From a virus (Duplodnaviria; Heunggongvirae; Uroviricota; Caudoviricetes): a stretch of DNA of 41,008 nt. Below are positions 13,988-25,127 of this stretch, in pieces; position 1 is the stretch's first letter; every line of letters starts with the position of its first letter. Under the pieces are notes generated by a model that saw nothing but the letters and a program-made list of their open reading frames with translations, did no database searches and had not been told where the DNA came from. The position numbers and the translations under genes were made by a program. The stretch is from the IMG/VR virus record IMGVR_UViG_2541047933_000001; one strand, 5' to 3'.

Positions 13988-15405
13988 TACTCGATCCTTA
14001 TCTGGCAGCCAGACAGAGTGACAGGTGACTTCGTGATAACGCGCAATTTGAAGCCGACATTTTTCCTGATGCGCCCGACTCGCTTCCACAAAACGCGTTT
14101 GTCGTAAACAAACGGTTCATTCTGCTCAATCATCTGCTCACGACCGTAATTGATGCCGTCAGTGGTTGCAGAGAGAAAAAGGCGGTCGGCGTACTGCGCA
14201 ACGCCAGTTGAAGATTCAACTTCAAGGTCGAAAACTCTGGCGTTATCCGCTTTGAACAGAGGAGTAAACAGCAGATGCTCCTGTTGCTTGTCGTACTGGC
14301 TGCTGATGTCGAATTGCAATTTCCCGGTCACGGACTCCAGCTTATCGCCGCACGTTATCTGATTGCCTTCGTAAATGAAGTCGATAGCGCGGTACACATC
14401 GTCATACAGACCTGTTTTCAGTACACACCATTGCGGAGCATTGGCGCTTGAAGATGCGTCGTATACGAGGACATGGCGCGGAAGATGGATAATCAGCAGC
14501 TCATGCGCATCAAATCGCAGAGACTCCATCACACCATCAGCCAGTTCATCAGCAGTGTAGGAGCGAAGAATTTTCTCAATGCTCGCGCTGGCGATTGGTG
14601 ACACCTGCCCGGAACCGATGATGTATACAGACGGCGCACCTGTTGCCGGATTGCTGATGAACGCATAGGAATCAGCGAATGGCGTTTTGCAATAGGTTCC
14701 GGCGATGCCTTTTTGCACCATCAGTGATGGCTGTGCGACATACAAAGCAGCACCAACGGTGGTTGCGCCAGTCAGGGAGAAATATTCAATAGTCGATGAA
14801 CCAAAGCAGACGATGAAGTCTCGCCATGTCCCGATACCGATGATGCCGTCCGGCTGCGATTCTGCGCGATATTGTGCACTGTATCGGTCAGGGTGCGATT
14901 CGTCTTCAAGGTCAGTGATAAACCATGAATCAGTTCCGTCTTTTGACCACGCATAACGCCCACGTAAGCGAGTAATGTCGCGAACTGAACCTAACTCATA
15001 CTGCGTGAATCCACTGTCTGTAGGCCAGTTTGAGACGGTTTTAACCGTGCCATCATAACGATACTCGACCAGTTGACCATTAACGCCTACAGCCTGTGAT
15101 GTTCGACCATGCGCCATTGATACGCGACCACTTCCGGCGACGTCACCGACTTCGCTTTCTCCTTTGTACAGCTTGCCGCCACACACGCGATAAACAGCAC
15201 TCTGCGCCATGTTGTACTCGACGCCGCGCGATATACCATTCACATCAGAACGTTTGGCAATGCCCGGGAATGAGCGAAGATATCCGCTGCTGTTCAGGAT
15301 TTCTTTGGGCGTAGCCAACATATTCACTGGCAGATAGTCGATATAGTCGGCGTTTCGAAAGTCTTTGCCGACACCTTTCATAAGCGGAAGTTGCTGAATC
15401 GGCAT
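13987..15405 (-). CDS. Tail hub / packaged-DNA stabilisation protein, P22 gp10 equivalent
   Basis: 472-aa product, same length as P22 gp10, at the conserved position. Confidence 0.75.
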   Translation of the reverse strand: MPIQQLPLMKGVGKDFRNADYIDYLPVNMLATPKEILNSSGYLRSFPGIAKRSDVNGISRGVEYNMAQSAVYRVCGGKLYKGESEVGDVAGSGRVSMAHGRTSQAVGVNGQLVEYRYDGTVKTVSNWPTDSGFTQYELGSVRDITRLRGRYAWSKDGTDSWFITDLEDESHPDRYSAQYRAESQPDGIIGIGTWRDFIVCFGSSTIEYFSLTGATTVGAALYVAQPSLMVQKGIAGTYCKTPFADSYAFISNPATGAPSVYIIGSGQVSPIASASIEKILRSYTADELADGVMESLRFDAHELLIIHLPRHVLVYDASSSANAPQWCVLKTGLYDDVYRAIDFIYEGNQITCGDKLESVTGKLQFDISSQYDKQQEHLLFTPLFKADNARVFDLEVESSTGVAQYADRLFLSATTDGINYGREQMIEQNEPFVYDKRVLWKRVGRIRKNVGFKLRVITKSPVTLSGCQIRIE

Positions 15406-15414
15406 TTATTCACC

Positions 15415-15876
15415 TCACGTACTCGGATCATCTTTCTCGATGTAAAACCGATTCCACGTAAACGCGCTTTTGTTACCACTACCGCGAGGCATGTCATTTC
15501 GCCGCTCAAGTGGTGGTATTTTGGTTAAAGCGATACAGATTGTCTGATATGCACTGTCAGCAGCGGTAAGGAGAGCGTCTGACGGCTGAATGACGTTATC
15601 CATGCACACTTGCACAGCGAGTTTCAAAGCGACGCCATCATTTGCCCATGCAGGGATACCTGAATCATCGTCAGGTAACGGCATGATGCCGTTTTCTGTA
15701 TCAGCAAACTGATATCCAAGCTCGATACCTTTAGCCTGCCATGCTGCCATCATGTCTTCGAGGTCATTAATGGCATCTTCAATTGCCTGAGGGTCAGCAT
15801 CTGTCAACGTGGCATTGGAATACAGCCCGGCTTTTCGTAAAGCCTTTAGAACGAGATCACCCTTCGTTTTCGCCAT
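15415..15876 (-). CDS. Tail accessory / head completion protein, P22 gp4 equivalent
   Basis: 153-aa product at the gp4 position. Confidence 0.7.
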   Translation of the reverse strand: MAKTKGDLVLKALRKAGLYSNATLTDADPQAIEDAINDLEDMMAAWQAKGIELGYQFADTENGIMPLPDDDSGIPAWANDGVALKLAVQVCMDNVIQPSDALLTAADSAYQTICIALTKIPPLERRNDMPRGSGNKSAFTWNRFYIEKDDPST

Positions 15877-16045
15877 CTTCTTCCGCCTTAGCCACTTTTT
15901 GCTTCGTTGCGGTTTCTTCAGGAGTTTTTACCCAACCTTTTTTCAGGTGAGATTTAACTTCTTCGTCATCAACAATGACGTAATCGACAGCAAACTGACC
16001 ACAGGTGATCATGTTGCCAGGCTTATAGAGCATTGTTCGTGCCAT
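15857..16045 (-). CDS. Small hypothetical protein between the coat and gp4 genes
   Basis: 62-aa ORF from internal ATG (MARTMLYKPG...) with GGGAGAAG RBS. Confidence 0.45.
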   Translation of the reverse strand: MARTMLYKPGNMITCGQFAVDYVIVDDEEVKSHLKKGWVKTPEETATKQKVAKAEEDGENEG

Positions 16046-16086
16046 TGTCTTCTCCCAATAAAAATGGGGCCGAAGCCCCACCAAAA

Positions 16087-17340
16087 TTACTGCCCGGCAA
16101 TAACGATGCCCGTATATTCAGGAACAAGTACAGAGCAACCGTACAGAGTGGTGAAACGAGCAGTGGTTACGCCTTTGATGTGGTCGAAGGCATAAGACAT
16201 GATCAGCGTAGCGCCCTGCTCGGTGGTTGCTGTCATTACCTGTGGACCCTGACCTGTCGGGAATGCCAGTTTGCCGTACATCAGCTCAACAGAACCATCA
16301 GCCCAGAAGAGGTTAGCAGGTGCTGCGTTCTTGTTGAGAATGGTGATTGCTGCTGATTCTGCCGGTTTGGCATCGACGTTTGCATATGGACGACTCGCAA
16401 CATCAGTATTTTCAACAGGGAGAATCTTTGGAGAAATTGTTACGGTAGTTCCGCTAACAGCCAGAACACGGAATACCTGCGGTTGACCGGTGGTATCTTT
16501 TGTGATCTGGTGTACGGAATTCACACCGGCAATGGTGAACGCATCACCAACCTGCAAGCCAGATGCAGATACCGTAATAGTCCCCTGTCGGTTATCAACT
16601 GGCATACCATTTGAATCTTTCGCTTCAACCTTGTGTTCAGGTTGGCCTGATACTGTCAAGGATTCAGTGCTTCCTTTCGGTAATCGACCAGAAATATCGG
16701 TCTTGTAGCTATCGAAGGACGCAACCGGAGGGATTTGCGCTTTTTCGTATGCTGTCAGGGTTGCGCCCTGAGCATAGGCACGGTGACCAAGCTCGCCAGC
16801 AAGGTCTTTGTAGTTGAAGGGGTTCCAGAAAGAGCGACGGTTGATACCCTGAGGTACACCAATCGCCGTCATGGTGGCATCAATACCTGCCGCACAGTTC
16901 CACAAATCACGGCCCTGTGTACCTGCGGTTGAGTCAGCCATCGTGATCACGTTAGTAGCACGCTGCGTGACCATGGAAATCAGGTCAGAGTCAATCTGTG
17001 CAGCAAGGCGCATACCTGCGGCGCGACCAGCTTCAGTTTTATGTTCCGGATCACGCATTTCACGCGCATCCAGAGTGTACAGAATGTTTTTCGGCTCCTT
17101 GAACACTGAAGGAACAAGGCGCTGAACCAGTGCTGTTGGCGTTTTGCTGCTGAGGTCGAGGCCTTCCTCAATATTCATGTGGTAATGCTGCGGACGATAC
17201 AGAACATCACCTGCTCGCTGCATTGCTGTATCACCGGGACGGAATTTTTTAGCGTTACGGGAAACTACGCAGGCGGCCTCAAAGCCTTCAACGTAGTTTT
17301 CGAACATGATTTCAAGGTCTTTTGCTAATTGGTTAGCCAT
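16087..17340 (-). CDS. Major coat protein, P22 gp5 family
   Basis: 417-aa product following the scaffold gene; conserved order. Confidence 0.8.
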   Translation of the reverse strand: MANQLAKDLEIMFENYVEGFEAACVVSRNAKKFRPGDTAMQRAGDVLYRPQHYHMNIEEGLDLSSKTPTALVQRLVPSVFKEPKNILYTLDAREMRDPEHKTEAGRAAGMRLAAQIDSDLISMVTQRATNVITMADSTAGTQGRDLWNCAAGIDATMTAIGVPQGINRRSFWNPFNYKDLAGELGHRAYAQGATLTAYEKAQIPPVASFDSYKTDISGRLPKGSTESLTVSGQPEHKVEAKDSNGMPVDNRQGTITVSASGLQVGDAFTIAGVNSVHQITKDTTGQPQVFRVLAVSGTTVTISPKILPVENTDVASRPYANVDAKPAESAAITILNKNAAPANLFWADGSVELMYGKLAFPTGQGPQVMTATTEQGATLIMSYAFDHIKGVTTARFTTLYGCSVLVPEYTGIVIAGQ

Positions 17341-17358
17341 GCTTAATGCTCCAATAGG

Positions 17359-18252
17359 TTATTTTTTTGCCTTTTTAGCGGCGAAATACGGCGTCCAGTC
17401 ACCAGTTTCCAGCGCCTTGGCTTTCAATTTGTCGAGGTTGTTGATTACTGCGCCGTTGCTCCCCTTAACCGTCGGGGTTGTGGCTGCCGTGGTTTTTGCT
17501 TTTGGCATGATTCTGGCCTTCGATTCGATACGTTCCAGCAGACGACCAATTGCTACGGGGTTGGTAGCTTCTGCCAGTTGCTTGCGCAGTTCAGCGTTGC
17601 GACCAAGCGCCAGAACAACGATTTCCGGCTTCTCTGACTCAAACAGGATCGCGTTTTGTGTCTCGATGGGGATTTCCTCGAGTACGGCCTGCTCAGCTTC
17701 CTGATAGCCAGGAACTTTGAGAGCCTTAACACGTTGCTGATATTTGGATAATCGCTCTTGATAGGCAGCCTGAAGCTCCTGCTCCTTCTGCTTGCGAGCC
17801 ATCTCCTGTTGCTGGTACTTGCCATTATCCTCTGCCCACTTAGCCATGCGTTGCTGGTAGATTTCTTCATCGAAACCGATGTCCTCATCATCCAGTTTTG
17901 GCATTCGCGGTGGTTGAGTGATTACCGGCTGCTGCTCGACGGGTTTCTGAGACTGACGCATCAGCTCTTTCAGCTCGCGGTCTTTCTCTTTAATCGTCTT
18001 GCGCAGGTGTTTTACCAGTCCATGCTCAGCGCCATCTTCGCTGGTTGGCGAATCCAGCTTTTCGTCACCAAAGTAGAATTCCTGTTCTGATTCGTCGTCA
18101 TCAGTTTCAGTAGCCTCCTCTGCATCATTGCCTGAGGACTCACTGCCATCTTCTGTTTCGACTTTTTCAGCCAGTTCGACATCATCAGGAATCTGCTCTG
18201 ACGCGTCGGTTTCGATTTCAACTTCTGGTGTGTTTTCTGCCATCTGGTCCAT
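17359..18252 (-). CDS. Scaffolding protein, P22 gp8 family
   Basis: 297-aa acidic N-terminus and helical Lys/Glu-rich C-terminus; positioned between portal and coat. Confidence 0.8.
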   Translation of the reverse strand: MDQMAENTPEVEIETDASEQIPDDVELAEKVETEDGSESSGNDAEEATETDDDESEQEFYFGDEKLDSPTSEDGAEHGLVKHLRKTIKEKDRELKELMRQSQKPVEQQPVITQPPRMPKLDDEDIGFDEEIYQQRMAKWAEDNGKYQQQEMARKQKEQELQAAYQERLSKYQQRVKALKVPGYQEAEQAVLEEIPIETQNAILFESEKPEIVVLALGRNAELRKQLAEATNPVAIGRLLERIESKARIMPKAKTTAATTPTVKGSNGAVINNLDKLKAKALETGDWTPYFAAKKAKK

Positions 18253-18342
18253 TTGTTACCCCTGTTTACTCGATGTTCAGCCCATCGGAAGGCAATAGGG
18301 TGCCAGGCCTCATAAAGACAGCCATTGCACGTTATGGGTTAA

Positions 18343-20541
18343 TTACTGCTGTGGTTGTTGCTGAGTTGATTTTTGCAGGATGCTGCTGATGTCCATGCGC
18401 TGCGCATGGCCCTGTGCCTGACTTTTCAGGACAAGCTCTGCATCAGCACGGGCATTGTCTCCTTGCTGTTGCTGGAACTGTCCGAGCAGTTTCAGAGCCT
18501 CGCGGATATCAGATTTCTGCTGGCTATCGGCAGATGCGAGGATTTTCACAACATTTGCCGCTGCAACCTGAGCATCAGTCTGTGCCTGGAATGCTTTAAC
18601 CTGAATGGCTGCCTGCTCGTTCTGCGCTTTCTGCAATTCAGCCTGACCAGCAAGAAGCTGACCTTGCGCAGCAACCATAGCCGGATCTGGCTGACTGGCC
18701 TGTTGTTGTTTCGCCTGCTCAACCATCTGCTGTTCTTCTGGCGTTCTCGGCTTGATAACTCCAGACAGAAGCAACTGATTGCGGTTGTATTCTTTAAGGT
18801 CGTCCATCCCTTCGCCGTCCATATTGTCGAGGATCATCGACGATACAAGGTCGTGTTTCGGCGTTCCGGGCGGGATAAGTGCCAGCATGGAAAGTAACGA
18901 CTTAACCGTTGCGTCACGGCGAGTAGCGAACGACTGACCGACATCGACAGTCACTTCATAGTTACCCTGCGAAAGGTCGTTAAGCGCGATAACCTGCCCT
19001 GTCTGACGGTCAACCACTTCACCAGTCATCAGCGCCACGTCATCGCTGCCGTCCTCATTAACGATACGCATCGGCGTATCGCTGCCATAGACTTCACGAG
19101 CCATAGAAAGCCACACAACGCCAGCGCGACGCATGGATTTAGCCATGTTGTCCATGTAGATATAGGACTGCGTATCCATCCGGTTAAAGATGCTATCAAC
19201 GGTATCGGTAGCAACGTTGCTCGGCATGTTCTCAAGCTGCGACGCACCTGTAATTTGCTGAATAGCCGTTCCGGTGTACTGCAATAGCCCGGCAAGAGCT
19301 GGAGGCATTTGTGTCGGAGGCGTATAACTGCTGACCTGAGCCTGCGCAGTAATATCTCCGTTTTTGTTTTTCAGACTGACCATCGGCAGGAACGCCGGGC
19401 GCTTTTTGTTGCGCTCCGCCCAATGAGTAGCGAGAGGACCAGGAATCATGTCAACATCAACTACAGGAATGCCATCACCGCCAGCCTGAGTAGCGTTATC
19501 TGCAATCATGGAAACCATCAGGTTCTCAAGACGCTGTGCATCCATCGCTTTTGCTGCGTGGCCTTCGATTCGTTCCTGATTATCAACAAATGAGCGACGT
19601 CCATATACCGGGATGAGAGGAATATGTTCGCCCGGAATACGCTTCGGTTCTTCCAGCCATTCAGCGCCAGACAGAAGGCCGCAATAAACGCGGCGTTTCT
19701 TCACCGTTCGCTCGCCAATCAGTTCGAATGCACCATCGGTCAGCTCGTCGACAATATCTTTGATTTGCTCTTCATCATAGATTGCCGTTTCTCCGCTAAC
19801 AGGGTTGCGCCATGCCGTGAGCTTCACCTTCTCTATGCGAACTTCGTAGTAGCGCCCAACATAGATGGCATCTGGCGTTGACCAGTCATATTGAGTGCCA
19901 GTCTCATCACGAGAAAGGCCTGCCGCGATGGAATCAGGGTATTCAGCCTCGAACGCTTTAGGCGTCATGGAGAACATTTCCATAGCCCACATAGCATCAG
20001 AACGGTCATATTGCTTGCTGTCCTGATCGAAGAAGACGCATGTCGCTGGGTCGTAAACAGGAAGAAGGCTGATGCGTCGCTGCTCGTTACTTGGGTCCAT
20101 TTCATCTTCGTAATCGGCACACATGCGGAAACAACCGAATCCGCCCGTTACAGCATCATCAAATGCGTTATCACACGCTTCGCCACCTGATGTTTCCTGA
20201 TAGTCAGCGCGGAATTTGCCGTTCATCTTTTTGGCTAACGCTTCCGATGCCTTGTCATCCTTCGGCCTGAATTTAACGCTGATGCGATTCTGTCGATACT
20301 CGCCAATGATGCGATCACATTCACGGGCAATCTTATTCAGTTCAAAGCGCGGGTAATGCTCAAACCTGCCTTCATCAAATGAGTAACCAGCGTTTGTGCT
20401 GCCTTCCCACTGTGCGCCGGATACCCGGACGAAACGTTGAGCCTCAATAATCTGCTCACGCATATCCTGCGTTGCTGACCAGGCATTATCAAAGTTGCAC
20501 AGCACCTTGCGATGCCAGTCAGTCATCTTTTTTTCTGCCAT
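18343..20541 (-). CDS. Portal protein, P22 gp1 family
   Basis: 732-aa product with Gln-rich C-terminal tail typical of P22-like portals; follows terminase large subunit. Confidence 0.85.
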   Translation of the reverse strand: MAEKKMTDWHRKVLCNFDNAWSATQDMREQIIEAQRFVRVSGAQWEGSTNAGYSFDEGRFEHYPRFELNKIARECDRIIGEYRQNRISVKFRPKDDKASEALAKKMNGKFRADYQETSGGEACDNAFDDAVTGGFGCFRMCADYEDEMDPSNEQRRISLLPVYDPATCVFFDQDSKQYDRSDAMWAMEMFSMTPKAFEAEYPDSIAAGLSRDETGTQYDWSTPDAIYVGRYYEVRIEKVKLTAWRNPVSGETAIYDEEQIKDIVDELTDGAFELIGERTVKKRRVYCGLLSGAEWLEEPKRIPGEHIPLIPVYGRRSFVDNQERIEGHAAKAMDAQRLENLMVSMIADNATQAGGDGIPVVDVDMIPGPLATHWAERNKKRPAFLPMVSLKNKNGDITAQAQVSSYTPPTQMPPALAGLLQYTGTAIQQITGASQLENMPSNVATDTVDSIFNRMDTQSYIYMDNMAKSMRRAGVVWLSMAREVYGSDTPMRIVNEDGSDDVALMTGEVVDRQTGQVIALNDLSQGNYEVTVDVGQSFATRRDATVKSLLSMLALIPPGTPKHDLVSSMILDNMDGEGMDDLKEYNRNQLLLSGVIKPRTPEEQQMVEQAKQQQASQPDPAMVAAQGQLLAGQAELQKAQNEQAAIQVKAFQAQTDAQVAAANVVKILASADSQQKSDIREALKLLGQFQQQQGDNARADAELVLKSQAQGHAQRMDISSILQKSTQQQPQQ

Positions 20542-20542
20542 A

Positions 20543-21958
20543 TCAACCTACACCACAAGGAATTGAGTAACTGGAATAGTCGGGTTGCGCAGCCGACTCC
20601 GGGCAATGCATACACATCATCAGCGCATCAGCCAGGTTAGGAGATGGGATACCGAGCTTCTGCTTCATTTCGACCTTAGTCATAAGCTCCAGTTTCCCGT
20701 TATTATTGAATTTGCGCTGAATCTGCGTCAGTTCTGCAAACAGTTTCTCCAGCATCTTCTCGCCTATCGCTTCTTTGTCGAAGCTCAGCATGTCGTCGGG
20801 GTCTGCATACTCACCGTGGACAACCGCCCGATATGTCAGATACAGCCTGTCAGCCAGCGCGTAATAGAATTGCGCTCGCTTATTGCGGAATACATCGCCA
20901 ATAGTGCGAACGTTGTCACCCTGTACGACTTCATCAGCCCATGCTCCGGCCTGATACGGAGCATCTTCATCGAATGGCGATTCGCTGCCCTTGAACATCG
21001 TGGCGGTAATTTTCTTGCCGGAGAATGCTTCCGTTGTCTGTCTGCGTAGCCCTGCACCGACACCATCGCCATCCCACAGGTAATGGTCAGCGCCGTCTTC
21101 AATCGCCAGCGAAGTAGCCCAGTCAGCACCCTCGTTGATGTCCATCAGCAGACCTTCGGCAATGCGCTTAACTACCGAACCGTGACGCGATGCATAACCT
21201 TTAGCATCTGGCCCTGTATCTGATGGGTCATGCGCAGAGACAACAGCGCCTTTCGCTTTCCATCCGAGTTTCTTGTGCGCATCGGTTGCGGCTTCAAGCC
21301 ATTCACGTTTGATGATTGCCATATCACTTGCGCTTACTGGCTCACCAAGCCAGATGTGACGATACAGTGTCGGGTTTCTGCGTTTACACTCTTCCATCTC
21401 CAGACGGAGAACTTCAGGAAAGTGCGGGTTGTCGGTGTAGTTCACCGTCAGCAGACAAATATCATCGGGAGGGTTTACTACGAATCGCTGATAGGTATCG
21501 TCGAGGATGTTTTTCGGGTTGAAGCTCACCCATATTTCGGAAAATGGCTTGCGGATGGTTGGTATCAGGATATCCCATGATTCCTTCGTTACCGCTTCCG
21601 CTTCCTCCACCCAGCAGATATCAATGCCTTCGAGCGATTTAATCTTCGTCGGGTTGTTTTTGATGCCGTAGAACATGAACTCAGCATTCGTCCCGAGATG
21701 ACGAATCATGGAACGCTGAATTTCAAACTCAGCCGTATACCCTTCACGCTCTATGGTGTCTTCAAGCAGCCGGATTACCGAATCGCTGATACTGTTTTGC
21801 AGTTCACGAGCGCAGAGAATACGCACTGGCTGCCGACGCGCCGCTTCAACAAGCAGTCTCGCAATTGCCCATGATTTACCGCTACCTCGACCGCCTTTGG
21901 CGACTTTGTAGCGATGCGCCTCAATGAACGGTTCAAAGATAGGATTAATCGAGGTCAT
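20543..21958 (-). CDS. Terminase large subunit
   Basis: 471-aa product with N-terminal Walker A KGGRGSGKS and a C-terminal nuclease region; Sf6-like size. Confidence 0.9.
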   Translation of the reverse strand: MTSINPIFEPFIEAHRYKVAKGGRGSGKSWAIARLLVEAARRQPVRILCARELQNSISDSVIRLLEDTIEREGYTAEFEIQRSMIRHLGTNAEFMFYGIKNNPTKIKSLEGIDICWVEEAEAVTKESWDILIPTIRKPFSEIWVSFNPKNILDDTYQRFVVNPPDDICLLTVNYTDNPHFPEVLRLEMEECKRRNPTLYRHIWLGEPVSASDMAIIKREWLEAATDAHKKLGWKAKGAVVSAHDPSDTGPDAKGYASRHGSVVKRIAEGLLMDINEGADWATSLAIEDGADHYLWDGDGVGAGLRRQTTEAFSGKKITATMFKGSESPFDEDAPYQAGAWADEVVQGDNVRTIGDVFRNKRAQFYYALADRLYLTYRAVVHGEYADPDDMLSFDKEAIGEKMLEKLFAELTQIQRKFNNNGKLELMTKVEMKQKLGIPSPNLADALMMCMHCPESAAQPDYSSYSIPCGVG

Positions 21959-22395
21959 TTTCCGAATAGAGTACTCATCGGTGATGTTTCAATCTGGATT
22001 GCGCCGCCGTCTTTGCCTGTTAGCTCGTGATCAACCTTGTCGCGCCATTTATCCTTCTGTCGGTTCTTAAGCCAGAAGATGGCAGCTGTTGTATCAGGCG
22101 GGTAATACTTCTCAAGAGGAGTTTCGACAATTCTGTTTTCAATAACACGAATATCGATGTCTGGAGCCACGAAGCCCATAGCGCGTTGATAAAGACGGTC
22201 ACTAACTTCTGCATCAGCGACGGCCTTACCCTTTTTTATGGACTCCGAAAACTCAGGATAATCAAGCTTCCACTTGTTAATAGTTGACTCACTGACTTCG
22301 AAGAAATCAGCAAGCTCTGCATCGGTGTAGCCCAGCAAGCACAGTTTGCGTGCCTGTTCGGCATACGCCTCTTGATACTTTGTTGGGCGCGCCAT
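21955..22395 (-). CDS. Terminase small subunit
   Basis: 146-aa product with N-terminal HTH region, immediately upstream of and overlapping the large subunit. Confidence 0.75.
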   Translation of the reverse strand: MARPTKYQEAYAEQARKLCLLGYTDAELADFFEVSESTINKWKLDYPEFSESIKKGKAVADAEVSDRLYQRAMGFVAPDIDIRVIENRIVETPLEKYYPPDTTAAIFWLKNRQKDKWRDKVDHELTGKDGGAIQIETSPMSTLFGK

Positions 22396-22397
22396 GT

Positions 22398-22640
22398 TTA
22401 TGCTCCGGTGGTGAACAGGTCTAACGCTTCCTTCGATTTACGCACCGCTTCGATAGTGCGGGTCGTGATATCTGAATTAGCGCCGCCTGACTGGAAGTGA
22501 ATTTTGAATAGCTCAAGCTTCAGTTCGTCAGTGCCAATGAACTGAAATGCTTCCTCTGCGGCTGCGTTCTGGTTCATGACCAGCTTGTAAATCTCTAACT
22601 GGAATTTCTGTTCTTCAGTCATGGGAATAATCTCTGCCAT
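22398..22640 (-). CDS. Hypothetical protein (P22 Orf80-like position)
   Basis: 80-aa ORF between rha and the terminase small subunit gene. Confidence 0.5.
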   Translation of the reverse strand: MAEIIPMTEEQKFQLEIYKLVMNQNAAAEEAFQFIGTDELKLELFKIHFQSGGANSDITTRTIEAVRKSKEALDLFTTGA

Positions 22641-22867
22641 TGTTGGCTCCGTTTATCCGTTAAAAGGGATATCAGTTAAGTTATCCCGTGTAGGGTATAA
22701 GCCATTGTCGAGACCACTCATTGAATGGTCTCTGCAATAACCGATGTCTTTCCATCAGTCCGCCACCACAAAGAATCTTTTTTGCCATAAGGCAGGAGGT
22801 TCATCTTTCAGTGGCTGCCAGTGTTATTTCCCCACTTTCTGGCTTGGGTTGTTTCGCTGTACTGCCG

Positions 22868-23410
22868 TTAATTGGTGAGTCCGGGGATTACGGTTTGCCC
22901 GTGCTGTTCAAGGCGTTCAATTCTCGCCAGTAGCTGAGGCTTCTTAATTTTTCCCCAGCGATTAAGCAGGCGGCCTGACATGCTGGCAACATCCTTCTCT
23001 TTCATGTACTCCAGCATTACGGCATTTCTCTCTTCTTCAAATTGACGATGACCAACCTGAAGCATGGCGTACATCCAGTTGAATGCGTTGATGTAAGCAA
23101 TTTTGATACGCATTGCTTCTTTTTTGGTGTAGGACATAACCAAAAGCATCAACCCATCCTTGCGGAGACGGTAGAATTTTTGCGGCTTACCATTCTGTAA
23201 CTCATTGTTTTTATAGCAAAGCTCAAAGTTGAGCTTTGTATCAAACTCAGGAGGGCAAGCTTCTATGGTTCGTTCAATGTCACGAACCACGTTCTTCGGC
23301 AGCTTTCCAAATGCTTTTGCCACCATAAAAGAATCTGTAACCGGATCGTTGTTTGCTACAAAAATTAGGTCTCTGAAATCTATATCGTTAACAACGGTTG
23401 GGTAGTTCAT
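22868..23410 (-). CDS. rha: Rha-family phage regulatory protein
   Basis: Product from internal ATG (MNYPTVVNDIDFRDLIFVANNDPVTDSFMVAKAFGK...) has a Rha/pRha-type N-terminal domain; AAAGG RBS. Confidence 0.7.
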   Translation of the reverse strand: MNYPTVVNDIDFRDLIFVANNDPVTDSFMVAKAFGKLPKNVVRDIERTIEACPPEFDTKLNFELCYKNNELQNGKPQKFYRLRKDGLMLLVMSYTKKEAMRIKIAYINAFNWMYAMLQVGHRQFEEERNAVMLEYMKEKDVASMSGRLLNRWGKIKKPQLLARIERLEQHGQTVIPGLTN

Positions 23411-23555
23411 TGCGTCTTTACCTTTTAGAAAGATGAGCCTGTTCGCACAGAAAAGCCGCCCCGAGATGGTCGCCACCATATACGGCAGTTCTCAGGCTCA
23501 GCTTTCTGAAAGACTCGGGATTGTTACGCGCTGCGATGCGCGGTTTACTGCAGAT

Positions 23556-23582
23556 ATAAAAAAGCCCCGCGAATGCGAGGCT
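23556..23582 (-). terminator. Rho-independent terminator downstream of the lysis cassette
   Basis: Minus-strand hairpin AGCCTCGCATTCGCGGGGCT followed by a U6 run. Confidence 0.65.
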
Positions 23583-23755
23583 AAATCCTGGTATTTGTAA
23601 TGACTGGCTCTTATCTCAACGCAGCCCCTTACCGCGCGCCAGATGCTCAATATCAAGCATCAGCAATGAGATGTTTAATCTGGATTCACTCCAGAAGTGA
23701 TCACCACCCTGTCTACAGAGCCAGATGTGAAGGATGATGAGTAAAATTATCGCTA

Positions 23756-24193
23756 TCATCGAAGGCATTGCGTCCTGATGTACTCCTGCAGGTAGTTAAC
23801 CTGCGCGGTTATCCTGTCGATTCCACTTCGGAGACGGTAATAATTGAGTTCAGCATCTGCTGTAAGTCTTGGGTTTTCTCCATCGCCCATGCTGCTGGCT
23901 CCGGTCGTTGACTTTGCACAGGTGGCGGCGACTTGCAGGCGCTTACGCCCAGCAGAAACATCAGCACGGAGACTTTCGATAGTCGCGTTAGCATCAGCAA
24001 GCTCCTTTGTGTATCTTGCGTCGAGTTCTGCTACATCACGTTGACGCTTCCGCATATCAGCGATGATGGATGTGGCTTTATCGCGCTGCTCTTTGTAGGC
24101 GATTGCATTATCACGGTAATGATTAACAGCCCATGACAGGCAGACGATGATGCAAATAATCAGAGCGGAGATAATCGCGGTGACTCTGCTCAT
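23756..24193 (-). CDS. rz: Spanin inner-membrane subunit Rz
   Basis: 145-aa product with N-terminal TM helix and coiled-coil; follows the endolysin gene. Confidence 0.85.
   Translation of the reverse strand: MSRVTAIISALIICIIVCLSWAVNHYRDNAIAYKEQRDKATSIIADMRKRQRDVAELDARYTKELADANATIESLRADVSAGRKRLQVAATCAKSTTGASSMGDGENPRLTADAELNYYRLRSGIDRITAQVNYLQEYIRTQCLR
23809..24000 (-). CDS. rz1: Spanin outer-membrane lipoprotein Rz1, embedded in rz in another frame
   Basis: Signal peptide with lipobox (LLGVSAC) and Pro-rich mature region, nested in rz as in lambda. Confidence 0.75.
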   Translation of the reverse strand: MLMLTRLSKVSVLMFLLGVSACKSPPPVQSQRPEPAAWAMEKTQDLQQMLNSIITVSEVESTG

Positions 24194-24666
24194 ACCTCAA
24201 TCTCTCTGACCGTTCCGCCAGCCTCTTTGAATTTTGCAATCAGGTTGTCAGCCTTATGCTCGAACTGACCATAACCAGCGCCCGGCAGTGAAGCCCAGAT
24301 ATTGCTGCAACGGTCGATTGCCTGACGAATATCACCGCGGTCAATCATCGGTAAAGCGCCACGCTCTTTAATCTGCTGCAATGCCACAGCGTCCTGACTT
24401 TTCGGAGAGAAGTCTTTCAGACCAAGCTGCTTACGGTAGGCATCCCACCAACGGGAAAGAAGCTGGTAGCGTCCGGCGGCTGTTGATTTGAGTTTTGGGT
24501 TTAGCGTGACAAGCTTGCGAGGGTGATCGGAGTAATCAGTAAATAGCTCTCCGCCTACAATGACGTCATAACCATGATTTCTGGTTTTCTGCCGTCCGTT
24601 ATCAGTTCCCTCTGACCACGCCAGCATATCGAGGAACGCCTTACGTTGATTATTGATTTCCACCAT
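24190..24666 (-). CDS. R: Endolysin, lambda R-type lytic transglycosylase
   Basis: 158-aa product [39 protein letters not shown]... is near-identical to recalled lambda R. Confidence 0.95.
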   Translation of the reverse strand: MVEINNQRKAFLDMLAWSEGTDNGRQKTRNHGYDVIVGGELFTDYSDHPRKLVTLNPKLKSTAAGRYQLLSRWWDAYRKQLGLKDFSPKSQDAVALQQIKERGALPMIDRGDIRQAIDRCSNIWASLPGAGYGQFEHKADNLIAKFKEAGGTVREIEV

Positions 24667-24973
24667 CTTCTACTCCGGCTTTTTTAGCAGCGAAGCGTTT
24701 GATAAGCGAACCAATCGAGTCAGTACCGATGTAGCCGATGAACACGCTCGTTATATAAGCGAGATTGCTACTTAGTCCGGCGAAGTCGAGAAGGTCACGA
24801 ATGAACCAGGCGATAATGGCGCACATCGTTGCGTCGATTACTGTTTTTGTAAACGCACCGCCATTATATCTGCCGCGAAGGTACGCCATTGCAAACGCAA
24901 GGATTGCCCCGATGCCTTGTTCCTTTGCCGCGAGAATGGCGGCTAACAGGTCATGTTTTTCTGGCATCTTCAT
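24650..24973 (-). CDS. S: Holin, lambda S-type (dual-start Met1-Lys2-Met3)
   Basis: 107-aa product [34 protein letters not shown]... is near-identical to recalled lambda S. Confidence 0.95.
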   Translation of the reverse strand: MKMPEKHDLLAAILAAKEQGIGAILAFAMAYLRGRYNGGAFTKTVIDATMCAIIAWFIRDLLDFAGLSSNLAYITSVFIGYIGTDSIGSLIKRFAAKKAGVEDGGNQ

Positions 24974-25090
24974 GTCTTACCCCCAATAAGGGGATTTGCT
25001 CTATTTAATTAGGAATAAGGTCGATTACTGATAGAACAAATCCAGGCTACTGTGTTTAGTAATCAGATTTGTTCGTGACCGATATGCACG

Positions 25091-25127
25091 GGCAAAACGG
25101 CATGAGGTTGTTAGCGCAACCTCATGC
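25091..25127 (-). terminator. Hairpin with short U-tract in the Q-S leader; candidate tR'-like terminator
   Basis: Minus-strand 11-bp perfect stem (GCATGAGGTTG / CAACCTCATGC), 6-nt loop, followed by CGUUUUG. Confidence 0.35.

Noticed and set aside
18373-18897. 174-aa plus-strand ORF
   Set aside because: Entirely antisense to the portal gene, with no independent start signal.
22641-22867. Intergenic region with a 7-bp-stem hairpin (GAGACCA...TGGTCTC) between rha and the Orf80-like gene
   Set aside because: No U-tract on either strand and no promoter-like hexamers; it could be a protein-binding site, but there is too little evidence to call a feature.
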